Assembly: GCA_900547775.1 (NCBI GenBank)
Contig: URHW01000004.1
Location: 4,806-68,805 of the forward strand
Source of the DNA: an uncultured Mycoplasmatota bacterium
GTDB lineage: Bacteria > Bacillota_I > Bacilli_A > RF39 > UBA660
Length of the DNA: 64,000 nucleotides
Reading direction: 5' to 3'
Shown: piece after piece, positions 40,839-51,522 of the stretch
How positions within the stretch are numbered: position 1 is the first letter of the stretch
Layout: every line of letters begins with the position of its first letter
The notes under the pieces: generated by a model
What the model was told of the DNA's origin: nothing
The model's database searches: none
Seen by the model: the letters and a program-made list of their open reading frames with translations, nothing else
Translations under genes and position numbers: made by a program

Positions 40839-41109
40839 CCTTTCTTCTTTTTAATCCAGTAATCTTATTAATCAAACCTACTACTCCCTGAGTCAATTTT
40901 CCACCTAGATAAGCCATTTTATTTGATACACCATCAATAAACCCAAATACTGTATCAAGTGTTGCTACTTTTTTAGAAACATCATCCAAAATAGCATTTG
41001 TCTTATCTATAGTAATTATAAGTTTAATTCCTAAAATAATACCTATAACTAGTAAAATAATAAGTAATAAATAAATAATTACTGGTAACGCTGTTGTTAA
41101 TCCTTCCAT
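40816..41109 (-). CDS. DUF948-family membrane protein
   Basis: N-terminal TM segment plus coiled coil. Confidence 0.5.
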   Translation of the reverse strand: MEGLTTALPVIIYLLLIILLVIGIILGIKLIITIDKTNAILDDVSKKVATLDTVFGFIDGVSNKMAYLGGKLTQGVVGLINKITGLKRRKDEDDFYE

Positions 41110-41882
41110 TATTCTTCATCCTCACTTTCTTTATTTTTTTCTTCATACATTGAATCGATTAAATTAAATAAATCGTTTTCAAGTGTATCTTCCTTAGTTT
41201 CATTTACTGGGGCTTCTTCTAATACAGGTTCATCTTTTTCCTCTATAACCTCAGCATCTATCTTCTTATCTTCATCTTTAGAAGTTAAAATCTCATCTAA
41301 ACTCTTTAAAGGTTCAGTAAACTCATCTTCTTCAACCTCAATCTTAGTTGTTTCTTTACTAACCTTCTTTTTCTTTTCTTCAACTCCATAAGCCTTTTTT
41401 CTTACTTCATCTAAATCTGGTGCTTTAACACCCATATCAGTTTTTACAATAACATCATCTTTAGTATAATTCTGATCCAATATTCCATACACAGGTGAAA
41501 TAATTGGTGTAGGTTTAAAAGGCTTACTAGGTTCCTTCTTACGAGGCTCCTCCTTTAAGAACTTACTATAATCCATCCTTCTTTCATCCTTCTTAGGCTC
41601 AATCGGAGCACTTCTTCTAGGAGTATAATCAAAATCAAAATCATCTCTAACTTCTCTTACCCTAGTTTTAGGTTTCTCCTCTTCAAAATCATCAAGTGGA
41701 AAATTAAAATTGCTACTTCTAGTAGGAATCACTTCCTCCTTAGGCATCTTAACTTCCTTAATTGGGTTAACCTCTCTCTTAGGTTCTTCCCTAACAGGTT
41801 TCTTCTCTTCTTTAGTTATTACTGGTATCTCTTCTTCTTCAACATCAAAGAGTACATCTTTTAATTTCTTAAAAACACTCAT
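41109..41882 (-). CDS. K/E-rich hypothetical protein
   Basis: 257 aa of low complexity. Confidence 0.35.
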   Translation of the reverse strand: MSVFKKLKDVLFDVEEEEIPVITKEEKKPVREEPKREVNPIKEVKMPKEEVIPTRSSNFNFPLDDFEEEKPKTRVREVRDDFDFDYTPRRSAPIEPKKDERRMDYSKFLKEEPRKKEPSKPFKPTPIISPVYGILDQNYTKDDVIVKTDMGVKAPDLDEVRKKAYGVEEKKKKVSKETTKIEVEEDEFTEPLKSLDEILTSKDEDKKIDAEVIEEKDEPVLEEAPVNETKEDTLENDLFNLIDSMYEEKNKESEDEE

Positions 41883-41893
41883 TTTATCACTCC

Positions 41894-42541
41894 TTATTTA
41901 ATCACATCTAAATCCGGAACTTTATCGTCGCCTTCATAATTACCATATTCTTTATATACTTCTAAGAAATTACTATCACTAGCATCTTCATCAAACACAC
42001 TAAACTTTTCTTCAGAAGAAGTAACCTCATCAATAGATAACAAGTTCTTAACAATATCATCCGTATATGTAATAGTAGATAAAACAATCATCGCATTAGT
42101 AACGCTTTTATTAATATCTTCCTTCTCTACTATCACTTCTATTTTAGCATAATTATACATAATTTCAATTAGATATTTATCATTTTTTTCATTTATTTCT
42201 AAATATCCCTTATCATCAAGTGTCATACTTAAATAAGCATTTTCATTAACTTTATAACTAAGTTCTGTCTTTTTTAAATAACTAACTAAGTCAACATACA
42301 AGTAATATTTATACTTATCATCATTAAGTATCTCATTATATTTTTTAGACGAATTAACATTAAGTCCTTGTGGTAAATAATACTTATAACCAGTCCTATA
42401 CTCATTATAACTATTTATCTTAGAACCTAATACTTCTTTTGTTATATCTTGAACACTAGCATTATTAATATTAGTGCATCCACAAAGTAATAAAAGAGTT
42501 ATTACCAAAATATATTTTTTCATATAGTCTCCTACAAACAT
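41894..42541 (-). CDS. Lipoprotein, hypothetical
   Basis: Lipobox LLLCGC. Confidence 0.5.
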   Translation of the reverse strand: MFVGDYMKKYILVITLLLLCGCTNINNASVQDITKEVLGSKINSYNEYRTGYKYYLPQGLNVNSSKKYNEILNDDKYKYYLYVDLVSYLKKTELSYKVNENAYLSMTLDDKGYLEINEKNDKYLIEIMYNYAKIEVIVEKEDINKSVTNAMIVLSTITYTDDIVKNLLSIDEVTSSEEKFSVFDEDASDSNFLEVYKEYGNYEGDDKVPDLDVIK

Positions 42542-42549
42542 TATACCAG

Positions 42550-43164
42550 TTATTTATCATTTGGTAAACTTTTTATAACATCTGCATAATTTATTGTCTG
42601 ACCTAAACTAATAAACTTATTCTCATATTCACTTCTAACATTAGGAATATCACTATTAGTTAAATCTAAAGAAATCTTATTAAACTTATATCCATAATTA
42701 TTGAACATCTCTAACGAATAAGCAAATAATCCCTTATTATCAGTCTTCTGAATAATATGAACATCACTTTTAGAAATCTTCTCATAAAGTGGTAAAAAAG
42801 TTTCACTAGTTAATCTTCTTTTAGCATGTCTAGTCTTAGGCCATGGATCACTAAAATTTAAATATATTGTATCAACATTATGATCAAAATAATCACAAAT
42901 ATTCTTAGCGTCAAAACACATAAATCTTAAATTACATGGAATATCCTCTATCTTCTGCACTGCTCTAACTAATACAGAAGGATACTTCTCAATACCAATA
43001 AAATTTACATCCGGATTATTCCTCGCCATCCCAATAATAAAATCACCCTTACCAGTACCAATCTCAATACATAACTTCTTCTTATCATTAAAAGGATTAG
43101 CTTCTACAAGTAATCCACTATTTATTAAAATATTATTTGCATCTTTAACATTTCTTAATCTCAT
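42550..43164 (-). CDS. trmB: tRNA (guanine46-N7)-methyltransferase
   Basis: IEIGTGKGDF SAM motif and NFSDPWPK. Confidence 0.85.
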   Translation of the reverse strand: MRLRNVKDANNILINSGLLVEANPFNDKKKLCIEIGTGKGDFIIGMARNNPDVNFIGIEKYPSVLVRAVQKIEDIPCNLRFMCFDAKNICDYFDHNVDTIYLNFSDPWPKTRHAKRRLTSETFLPLYEKISKSDVHIIQKTDNKGLFAYSLEMFNNYGYKFNKISLDLTNSDIPNVRSEYENKFISLGQTINYADVIKSLPNDK

Positions 43165-43219
43165 AAATCCTCCATTAAACTTTTATTCACTCTTACATAT
43201 ATTATTGTAGAGGTGAATT

Positions 43220-43516
43220 ATGAAAAAAGACCGAAACTCATTTTTCCAAGAATACGGCTTTAATAGTTATAATAACAACTACCAGCAAATGCCTAACATG
43301 AGTGCTCCTATGAACATGCCAATGAACACTCAAATGCAAGCAAACTCTTCATTTTATGCTGGACCTGTTGCTGGCACTTCTGAAGAACTAGATGCCAGAA
43401 TCTCTAAGCTAGAAAGACAAGTATCAAGACTAGAAACCAGAATCTCTAACTTAGAAAAAGGTACTACCACTAATCCAAGTGATTATAACTATTCAAGCAA
43501 TATGTACATGCTTTAA
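43220..43516 (+). CDS. N/Q/M-rich small protein with C-terminal coiled coil, hypothetical
   Basis: 98-aa ORF, convergent with the flippase gene. Confidence 0.3.
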   Translation: MKKDRNSFFQEYGFNSYNNNYQQMPNMSAPMNMPMNTQMQANSSFYAGPVAGTSEELDARISKLERQVSRLETRISNLEKGTTTNPSDYNYSSNMYML

Positions 43517-45162
43517 CTTTCCTTTATTTGAAACTTACCAAACGTAAGTTTTTTTATGATCTTATTTATTTCTTTAGTTCCAAATATATGTTGTGGTATC
43601 TTCATCCAAATACTAAGTCCAATATAAATAAATGCTCCAATAACTGCATCAACAACAATTAACTTAACACTACTAGTACGACTATAAACATTAAATGGTA
43701 AGAAATTATTAAGTACAAGAAGTACTGCTGTCATAACTAGTGCAGGGACAAGAGTCTTAAACACTGTAATAAAAGTATCTTTATAATTAATCTTATGAAC
43801 TCCATTAAACGCTTTAAGCCCAACATAAATAGATACAGAATAACCTATAAATGATGCAAGAACTGCTCCATAATAAGCGCCTATTCCAAAATGATTACAA
43901 ATAATCATAAGTGGCATATCTAAAGCAGCATTAAACAAACATCCAAATATATTCGTTAAATAAACTGCCTTAAACTTATTACAACTTTGAAGTGCCGTAG
44001 ACACTACCAAACTAATATTACCAACAAGAGCATTAAATACCATTATCTTAAGTATATCTCCACCATAATGATTTATATTATAAAACACTGTCCATACAGG
44101 AGTAGCAAGTATAGATAACCCAATCGTCATTGGTAAACTTACATAAATAATTATCTGCAAACTCTTATTTAACTTTTCATTTAAATCTTTCCAATTACTC
44201 GTCGCATGTGCAGACACTATTGATGGAATAAGTGTAACTGTCATTCCCATTGCTATTGAGTTAACAATCATACATATCTTACTGCCCCATGTACTAATAA
44301 CACTTGTAATAAACTCTACATCATGTGCTGAATATCCTAAATGATCAAGTACACGCAAAATAATAACCATATCCGTAAAACTATAAACACTACTAATCAA
44401 ATTAAGTACAATAGCGGGAACAGCATATATTGCTATTTTCTTAATAATCTCTTTATTGCTAATATCATCTTTTTCAAGTTTCTTATCTAAATCAAGAACC
44501 TTTTTATTCTTATTAATCTGTCTCTTTAAATAATAATAAGCAACTAATCCACCAAAGAAAGCCCCACTTACCGCAATTCCAATCGTAAGCGTTAAACTTC
44601 CATTTAATACCTTATAACACAAATAAGAACCAGCCAAAATAACAAATATTCTAACAACTTGCTCTATTAAATTAGCAGTTGATGAAGGCCCTACATACTC
44701 ATGACCTTGTAAATATCCTTTAGCTACGCTTAAATGAGGTACAATCAAAACAGCAAATGAAACACATCTAATAACAAACGCAACATCTGTAATGGTATTA
44801 CCACCTTGTAAATCACCTAAAATAAGTGAACCAAGTTCCTCTGCAAACACAAATAAAAGTATAAACGTTGCAAAAGAAAAATAACTAATAAACTTCCTAC
44901 TTAACTTATAAGCCCTCGTCTTCGCTTCTATCTTCCCCGTCGCATTATACTCACTAATAAGTTTACTCATCGCACTAGGAATGCCTGCAGAACTAATAGA
45001 TAAAAATATCAAATAGATATTATAACCATAACTATATAATGCTCCACCTTTTGATCCAACAATAATATAAAAAGGCACAACATAAAGCATCCCTAATATC
45101 TTTACCAAAATTACGGATGCTGTCGCAATAAAAGTCCCAGTTACAAAACTATTTTTCTTCAT
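43513..45162 (-). CDS. MOP-superfamily flippase (MurJ/SpoVB-like)
   Basis: 549 aa, about 14 TM segments, polysacc_synt/MurJ-like pattern. Confidence 0.65.
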   Translation of the reverse strand: MKKNSFVTGTFIATASVILVKILGMLYVVPFYIIVGSKGGALYSYGYNIYLIFLSISSAGIPSAMSKLISEYNATGKIEAKTRAYKLSRKFISYFSFATFILLFVFAEELGSLILGDLQGGNTITDVAFVIRCVSFAVLIVPHLSVAKGYLQGHEYVGPSSTANLIEQVVRIFVILAGSYLCYKVLNGSLTLTIGIAVSGAFFGGLVAYYYLKRQINKNKKVLDLDKKLEKDDISNKEIIKKIAIYAVPAIVLNLISSVYSFTDMVIILRVLDHLGYSAHDVEFITSVISTWGSKICMIVNSIAMGMTVTLIPSIVSAHATSNWKDLNEKLNKSLQIIIYVSLPMTIGLSILATPVWTVFYNINHYGGDILKIMVFNALVGNISLVVSTALQSCNKFKAVYLTNIFGCLFNAALDMPLMIICNHFGIGAYYGAVLASFIGYSVSIYVGLKAFNGVHKINYKDTFITVFKTLVPALVMTAVLLVLNNFLPFNVYSRTSSVKLIVVDAVIGAFIYIGLSIWMKIPQHIFGTKEINKIIKKLTFGKFQIKES

Positions 45163-45164
45163 TA

Positions 45165-45356
45165 CTATTCACTCAAATTTCTATAAATAATCATCGCAGT
45201 AAAACAATAAATCTGCTCTTCTCCAAACGTTGCTACTCCCACACTATACTTAATATCAATAAGTTCTATATTCGTCATAAGAAAAGCATTAACTGCTTGT
45301 TCTAAATCTTTTTCATGCGATTCATCAAAAACTTTAACCAACATTTCATCCTCCAA
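45165..45356 (-). CDS. Sporulation protein Cse60-like
   Basis: VKVFDESHEKDLE...IDIKYSV......LYCF.A.IIYR resembles B. subtilis Cse60. Confidence 0.55.
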   Translation of the reverse strand: MEDEMLVKVFDESHEKDLEQAVNAFLMTNIELIDIKYSVGVATFGEEQIYCFTAMIIYRNLSE

Positions 45357-45458
45357 TTACCATGGTATCAAAATGAAATGTCAATAAATGTCAGTTTTCG
45401 CCTAAATCCACATAACAATTATACCTTATATTTACATTACTTGCACAATACTTTACAT

Positions 45459-46091
45459 TTATTTGATAATATTCTTCACATATTCTAAAACTTCATCACT
45501 AATTGAATTTATATCTTTAAGCTTATCATCATTAACACAACTAACAACTCCAAAATCATATCTTCTGCTAAGTAAATGATAAGTCATCTCAATATTATGA
45601 TACTTAGGATCTGCTACTTCACCAACTAAAGGTCTATACTGATAAGGTAAAAATAAGAAAATAACTTTATCTGGTCTTGGCAAATCTAGCAAATTAAATT
45701 CAAGTTGTTCCATCCAAAATATCATATTAACCCTATCTTTAACATCTTCAAACTTACTAGCCTGATAAGCCATATTAGATTCAACATATCTATCAAGTAC
45801 AACATGCGCACCTTTATCTAATAACTCATTAATCTTTCCTATATTATTAACTCTATCAGCAGCATAATATAAAGATAATGCTTTAGGATCAACCTCTTCA
45901 TCAAAATAACTATTCCCATCCTTATTTAAAATATGCTCATAAATTATCTTACCAGTTGGCGTATCATACATCGGAAAACGCATCTTTACAGCTTTTTCAC
46001 CCATCTCATTTAATCTTCTAACAAGTAAATCAGCCTGTGTCTCTTTTCCAGAACCTTCAGTTCCCTCAATAACAAGTAACTTACCTCTCAT
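45459..46091 (-). CDS. tmk: Thymidylate kinase
   Basis: IEGTEGSGKETQ P-loop and DRYVESNMAYQ motif. Confidence 0.75.
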   Translation of the reverse strand: MRGKLLVIEGTEGSGKETQADLLVRRLNEMGEKAVKMRFPMYDTPTGKIIYEHILNKDGNSYFDEEVDPKALSLYYAADRVNNIGKINELLDKGAHVVLDRYVESNMAYQASKFEDVKDRVNMIFWMEQLEFNLLDLPRPDKVIFLFLPYQYRPLVGEVADPKYHNIEMTYHLLSRRYDFGVVSCVNDDKLKDINSISDEVLEYVKNIIK

Positions 46092-46614
46092 TTTTCTTCC
46101 TTCTTAAACACCTAGCGCAAAGTGCAATATAATTATCATTACCTACCAAAATATCCCCCTTCTTCTTCCCGTCATAATAAGTATAAATAGCATCTCTATT
46201 ACACTCATTACAAGAAGCATGAAGTATCTCTATCTCATCAGCAATTGAAAGTAACTGTGGCATAATTCCAAAAGGTGCTTGCTCACTAGTCATATTAAGT
46301 CCAGCAATATAAATATCTAAATCTTCCATAACAGATAACTCCAACAAAATTTTTATATCACCCTTTAAAAAGTTAGCTTCATCAATAAAAATTGTATTAA
46401 TCTTATCCGTTATATAACTAGGTATATCCTTAATATCGTCAACCAATATAGCATTAATCTCTTTACCTTTACGAGTCTTAACAACCCCATAATCCCTTGT
46501 ATCCATCTTAGGTTTAAATAAAAGAATTCTACTCTTATGGTATCTCTTGTCATACTCATTAAGTAAAGCATCACTCTTTCCACTAAACATAGGACCTGTA
46601 AATACCTTTATCAT
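46081..46614 (-). CDS. tdk: Thymidine kinase
   Basis: GPMFSGKS P-loop and C-terminal Zn ribbon CNEC...CARC. Confidence 0.9.
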   Translation of the reverse strand: MIKVFTGPMFSGKSDALLNEYDKRYHKSRILLFKPKMDTRDYGVVKTRKGKEINAILVDDIKDIPSYITDKINTIFIDEANFLKGDIKILLELSVMEDLDIYIAGLNMTSEQAPFGIMPQLLSIADEIEILHASCNECNRDAIYTYYDGKKKGDILVGNDNYIALCARCLRRKKNER

Positions 46615-46753
46615 GTTACCACCACCATAATTATATAATTTTTAAAACCTTTAGTAAATACATCAATAACCAGTGTGAAACTTTTTTATTAATTTTGGTC
46701 AAAAAAGTTTCACACCAACTTTTATTTAATTAAAAAAACTTCCATAAAGGAAG

Positions 46754-47707
46754 TTAATCTAACAAATGTCCACACTTTACACAGGCTTTCATAGAAGCAC
46801 CATTAGTATACCCACAATTAGGACAAACCTTACTATTACTACTACTCATTATCTCCTCAGCAATATCATCACTACTTACTCTAGGAAGTTCAACTTCACC
46901 ACTAGGCATCTCTGGATTACTAATCTTTTCAATAGATATCGTATTTTCAAACTGAGGACTATTAAATATCTCTTCAGGTTTCTTCTCATCTACTGCTTGT
47001 GTTTTTAAAGCAGGCATATCAAATATATTATCAGCATAACTAGGTTCATTAACTGGAGCAGGACTACTACTTACCTCTTCTGAACCAAATATATTATCAG
47101 CATTATCACTAACTGGAATATCTAGCACTTCAGGAGTACTATCCATAACCTCAACCTTAACAGGCTCTGCAGTAATTTGCTCCTCTAACCCAGGTTTTTC
47201 ATCTAAATCAAAGCCTTTAATTTCTTCAGGCTCACTAGGAATATTACTTATTGGATCCGGAGTCATTAAATCCAGTTCTCCACTTTCATTAGGATCACTA
47301 GCCATCAAATCAAACTGAACATCACCATCAGTTTCACTTACAACACTCGCTTTACCAAATCCTAAAATCATATAGAATATCGGTGGTAAAAACACCAATC
47401 CCAATCCAAATCCAGCACCCTTACCAAACTTACCAGCAAGCCTATAATTAGCAACAATAAGTGCAATTCCATTAGCTACCGGAAGTATAGAAAGCCATCC
47501 AGGCAAACCAACAGCCTTCAAAAGTATCCACTGACCATATATAGGAACAATAGCTCCCCATCCAGGTAACCCTAACTTCTTATATACCTTAATCGTAGCA
47601 ACTAAACTAATAATAGCAAGTAATAAACAAACAAAAAACATTACAAACATTACCCCAGAAAACACTAAAGTAACATTATTACTACCATAAACTGCATAAT
47701 CACTCAT
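46754..47707 (-). CDS. Membrane protein with C-terminal zinc-ribbon
   Basis: N-terminal TM segments, an acidic linker and CPNCGYT...CVKCGH. Confidence 0.4.
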   Translation of the reverse strand: MSDYAVYGSNNVTLVFSGVMFVMFFVCLLLAIISLVATIKVYKKLGLPGWGAIVPIYGQWILLKAVGLPGWLSILPVANGIALIVANYRLAGKFGKGAGFGLGLVFLPPIFYMILGFGKASVVSETDGDVQFDLMASDPNESGELDLMTPDPISNIPSEPEEIKGFDLDEKPGLEEQITAEPVKVEVMDSTPEVLDIPVSDNADNIFGSEEVSSSPAPVNEPSYADNIFDMPALKTQAVDEKKPEEIFNSPQFENTISIEKISNPEMPSGEVELPRVSSDDIAEEIMSSSNSKVCPNCGYTNGASMKACVKCGHLLD

Positions 47708-47755
47708 ACATCCAACCTCTTTCTTATCATTAATACCATTTTACTACACAAATAT

Positions 47756-49045
47756 CTAATTTACAACATAAGGTTTTTCCCTCGTACCATTTCCGGTTAC
47801 GTTGGTCGTCGATTTAAGAGAAATCGAAGGACGAAGCCCGTAGGCGTTGCTCACGTTGAAGCCGACACCTTGTCCGCCAATGCCCCAAACGCTAGCGTTG
47901 CCGCCACGGAAGCCGTCAGGAGACAAAGACCACCAATAAGTGGCTGTAGCATTTTCTTGTAAATATGTTGTAGATACATTTTTATTATAAGCATATCCTG
48001 CAAACGCTAGTTCATCTGCTGTTATTAATCCTACTTTTGATGTTATTTTACTTAGTTCTCCATTACATTTTAAACTAGGGCCCGTGCCTCCAGCACTACC
48101 ACTAGTACCTACTAATCTCTTGGTAGCGCCATAATATGTTTTATTTGTACCATATCCTAATCCAGTTGCATTTCCACCATATGACCATGGATTATAACTT
48201 GTATCTGTTACATTTGTTTTATCATTACACCATATACTATTATCTATTACACTTTCATATGCTGTTAGATTATTATTATACCATGTTTCTAAATTAGTTA
48301 GTATTGTACTCTTATTAGTGTTTGCATGTGTAGCTTCATATGTACTAGAGCCTGGTGTTCCATACTTAAATCCTACATAAGCATTATCATAATAGTTTGT
48401 ATTAAATGCACTTTTATATGTTTCACCAGAGTATCTTGCAAATGCTGCACTTGCACTATTATTTGCAGCATCACAAGGATTAGCTGCTCCAGTTGGATTA
48501 TCATTATGTAAGATAAGTTTTACTGAACCATCTCCACCAATTCTAACTATTCTCCAGCACTTATTAGCAAATTCTACATAGTTATTTGTTACTGCACCTC
48601 TAAAGTAATAAGATGTTCCATAATCATCTTCTGCAGATGCAAGTAATGCTTCATCAGCAGTAGATACTGCTGCTCCTGGTGTGGTTATTGGAGTCTTTAC
48701 TTCATTATTTGCAAGTATTTTATCTTTAAATTTCAGATTAAATGAAACATTGCACCTCACATTACCAGCACTTATATCATTAAAAGACACTACCCATTTT
48801 GTGCCATTCCATGTAGCCTTTGCTCCTGCGTCTTGTTTTATTCCATTTCTAGTACACTCTACAGTTGCCATATACTTATTTGTAGTTGGAAATGTAGTAC
48901 TAGCTTTTCCATCAATAACAGCTGCTATGATAGGTCCATTATTATCTTCTAGTAAATCTTTTTTATCACTTTTACCATATATAAACATTCCAGAAATAAT
49001 TATCGTGCATACAATAATTAAACTAATTATTTTCTTCATATTCAT
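47756..49045 (-). CDS. Paralog 4 of the hypervariable surface protein family (distinct short N-domain); putative DGR target
   Basis: Shares the core (FANKCWRIVRIGGDGS) and C-terminal cassette. The N-terminal 110 aa are different. The cassette at about 47830-47925 is GC-rich and NNC-rich. Confidence 0.75.
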   Translation of the reverse strand: MNMKKIISLIIVCTIIISGMFIYGKSDKKDLLEDNNGPIIAAVIDGKASTTFPTTNKYMATVECTRNGIKQDAGAKATWNGTKWVVSFNDISAGNVRCNVSFNLKFKDKILANNEVKTPITTPGAAVSTADEALLASAEDDYGTSYYFRGAVTNNYVEFANKCWRIVRIGGDGSVKLILHNDNPTGAANPCDAANNSASAAFARYSGETYKSAFNTNYYDNAYVGFKYGTPGSSTYEATHANTNKSTILTNLETWYNNNLTAYESVIDNSIWCNDKTNVTDTSYNPWSYGGNATGLGYGTNKTYYGATKRLVGTSGSAGGTGPSLKCNGELSKITSKVGLITADELAFAGYAYNKNVSTTYLQENATATYWWSLSPDGFRGGNASVWGIGGQGVGFNVSNAYGLRPSISLKSTTNVTGNGTREKPYVVN

Positions 49046-49122
49046 ACCTTCCTTATGATAACATTATATAATAATAATTTTATTTAGTCCATAGAAAAAC
49101 TTGGAAATATTTCATCCAAGTT

Positions 49123-51522
49123 TTATTTAACTACAACACTAACAATTCTCTTTGGTACTACAATAACTTTAACTATATTAAGGCCATCGGTATACTTTTT
49201 TACGTTTTCATTATTAAGTGCTTTCGCCTTTATTTCTTCTTCAGTATCTTCTTCACTAATTAGTACGCTTCCTCTAAGTTTTCCATTAACTTGTACGCCT
49301 ATCTCAAACTCAGAATCAGTTGTTTTACTTTCGTCATATTCTGGCCAAGAACTTACTGCAAATTCTTTGCCTAACTTACATTCCTCATTTAACTCTTCAG
49401 TAATATGAGGTGCAATTGGATTAAGAAGTGCTAGTAATGTTCTATAATCCTTATGCGTAATAGACTCTTCTTTTTCCATAGCATTAAGTAAAATCATTAA
49501 AGCACTTACTGCTGTATTATATTTCATACTAAGTAAATCATTAGTAACCTTCTTAATTGTCTTATGCATTAAACTTTCTAAATTTTTAGAATACTCATCA
49601 CCACAGGTAAGTTTACCCTTAATTCTATCTACTCTTTCTAAGAATTTCTTGCATCCCTTTAAACCATTTTCACTCCAAGCAGCATCTTTAGGATAATCAC
49701 CGATAAACATTTCATAAGTTCTAAGAGCATCAGCACCATAATTAGCAACCATATCATCTGGATTTACTACATTACCTTTACTCTTACTCATCTTTTCATT
49801 GTTTTCACCTAAAATCATACCATGAGCAACTCTCTTTTTAAATGGTTCTCTAACGCTAACTAAGCCTTGATCATACAAAAATTGATTCCAGAATCTTGCA
49901 TAAAGCAAATGTCTCGTAGCATGTTCCATACCACCATTATAATAATCAACTTGTCCCCAGTAATCCATTGCATCACGACTAGCAAACTCTTTATCATTAT
50001 TTGGATCCATATATCTAATCCAGTACCAAGATGATCCAGCCCAGTTAGGCATTGTATCAGTTTCTCTCTTCGCCATCTTTCCGCAGTGTGGACAAGGAAC
50101 ATTTACCCATTCATCTAATGTACTTAGTGGGCTTTCTCCATTATCAGTTGGTTCATAACTCTTAACATCAGGTAGTACTAAAGGTAGTTCTTCCTCTGGA
50201 ACAGGAACCCATCCACAATCCTCACAATAAATCATTGGAATTGGTTCACCCCAGAATCTTTGTCTAGAGAAAATCCAGTCTTGTAATCTATAATTAGTAG
50301 TTTTCTTACCAATATGATTATCTTCTAAATACTTAAGGCATGTATTAATTGCATCTTCCTTACCAAGTCCATTTAAAACACCTGAATTAATATGAACACC
50401 ATCACCAGTATAAGCCTCCTTAGAAATATCTCCGCCTTCAATAACTGGAATAATCTTAATGCCAAACTTTTTTGCAAAAGCATAATCTCTAGTATCATGA
50501 GCAGGAACTGCCATAATAGCACCAGTACCATATCCCGCTAAAACATAATCAGAAACATATATTGGAATAACTTCCCCACTAACCGGATTAACCGCTTCAA
50601 GCCCATTTAATTTAATACCAGTCTTCTCCTTACTCTCATCAGTTCTTTCAATCTCACTCTTTGCTTTAGCAGCATCTTGATAAGCCTTTAACTCATCTAT
50701 ATTCTTAATTCTATCTTGATACTTTTCTAAAAATGGATGTTCAGGGCTCATTACCATAAATGTTACACCATACAAAGTATCACATCTTGTTGTAAATACC
50801 TTAAGCATATCTTCAGTATCCTTAAGTTTAAAATCAACTTCAGCACCAACACTCTTACCAATCCAGTTAATCTGTGCTGTCTTAATCTTCTCCATAAAGT
50901 CAGTATCTTTAAGTCCCTCAATCAAACTATCTGCATAAGCAGTCATCTTTAGCATCCACTGATTCTTAAGTTTCTTTTCAACCTTAGAACCACATCTTTC
51001 ACATACTCCCCCAGCAGCATCCTCATTAGATAATCCCATCTTACAATTAGGACACCAATTAATATCCTTCTCAGCCTTATATGCTAAACCAGCCTTATAA
51101 AACTGTAAAAACTGCCACTGCGTCCACTTATAATACTCTGGACTACTTGTATTAATCTCTCTACTCCAATCAAATGATATACCAAGTGCTTTAATTTGAT
51201 GTTTAAAATTATCTATACACTCACTAACCATCTTACTTGGATATACGTGATTTTTTATTGCATACTGCTCTGCTGGAGCCCCAAATGCATCCCAACCAAT
51301 TGGATATAAAACATTATACCCCTGTGCCCTTTTAAGTCTTGCCATTGCATCAAGTGCTGTATAACTTCTAACATGTCCTACATGAAGCCCAGCTCCTGAT
51401 GGATATGGAAACTCAACCAAAATATAATACTTTTTCTTATCACTATTATTCTTAGCAGTAAATACCCCTTCTTCTTCCCATCTCTTTTGCCATTTCCTTT
51501 CAATAACTCTTGTATTAATCAT
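49123..51522 (-). CDS. leuS: Leucyl-tRNA synthetase
   Basis: HVGH (HIGH) and KMSKS motifs; about 800 aa. Confidence 0.95.
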   Translation of the reverse strand: MINTRVIERKWQKRWEEEGVFTAKNNSDKKKYYILVEFPYPSGAGLHVGHVRSYTALDAMARLKRAQGYNVLYPIGWDAFGAPAEQYAIKNHVYPSKMVSECIDNFKHQIKALGISFDWSREINTSSPEYYKWTQWQFLQFYKAGLAYKAEKDINWCPNCKMGLSNEDAAGGVCERCGSKVEKKLKNQWMLKMTAYADSLIEGLKDTDFMEKIKTAQINWIGKSVGAEVDFKLKDTEDMLKVFTTRCDTLYGVTFMVMSPEHPFLEKYQDRIKNIDELKAYQDAAKAKSEIERTDESKEKTGIKLNGLEAVNPVSGEVIPIYVSDYVLAGYGTGAIMAVPAHDTRDYAFAKKFGIKIIPVIEGGDISKEAYTGDGVHINSGVLNGLGKEDAINTCLKYLEDNHIGKKTTNYRLQDWIFSRQRFWGEPIPMIYCEDCGWVPVPEEELPLVLPDVKSYEPTDNGESPLSTLDEWVNVPCPHCGKMAKRETDTMPNWAGSSWYWIRYMDPNNDKEFASRDAMDYWGQVDYYNGGMEHATRHLLYARFWNQFLYDQGLVSVREPFKKRVAHGMILGENNEKMSKSKGNVVNPDDMVANYGADALRTYEMFIGDYPKDAAWSENGLKGCKKFLERVDRIKGKLTCGDEYSKNLESLMHKTIKKVTNDLLSMKYNTAVSALMILLNAMEKEESITHKDYRTLLALLNPIAPHITEELNEECKLGKEFAVSSWPEYDESKTTDSEFEIGVQVNGKLRGSVLISEEDTEEEIKAKALNNENVKKYTDGLNIVKVIVVPKRIVSVVVK

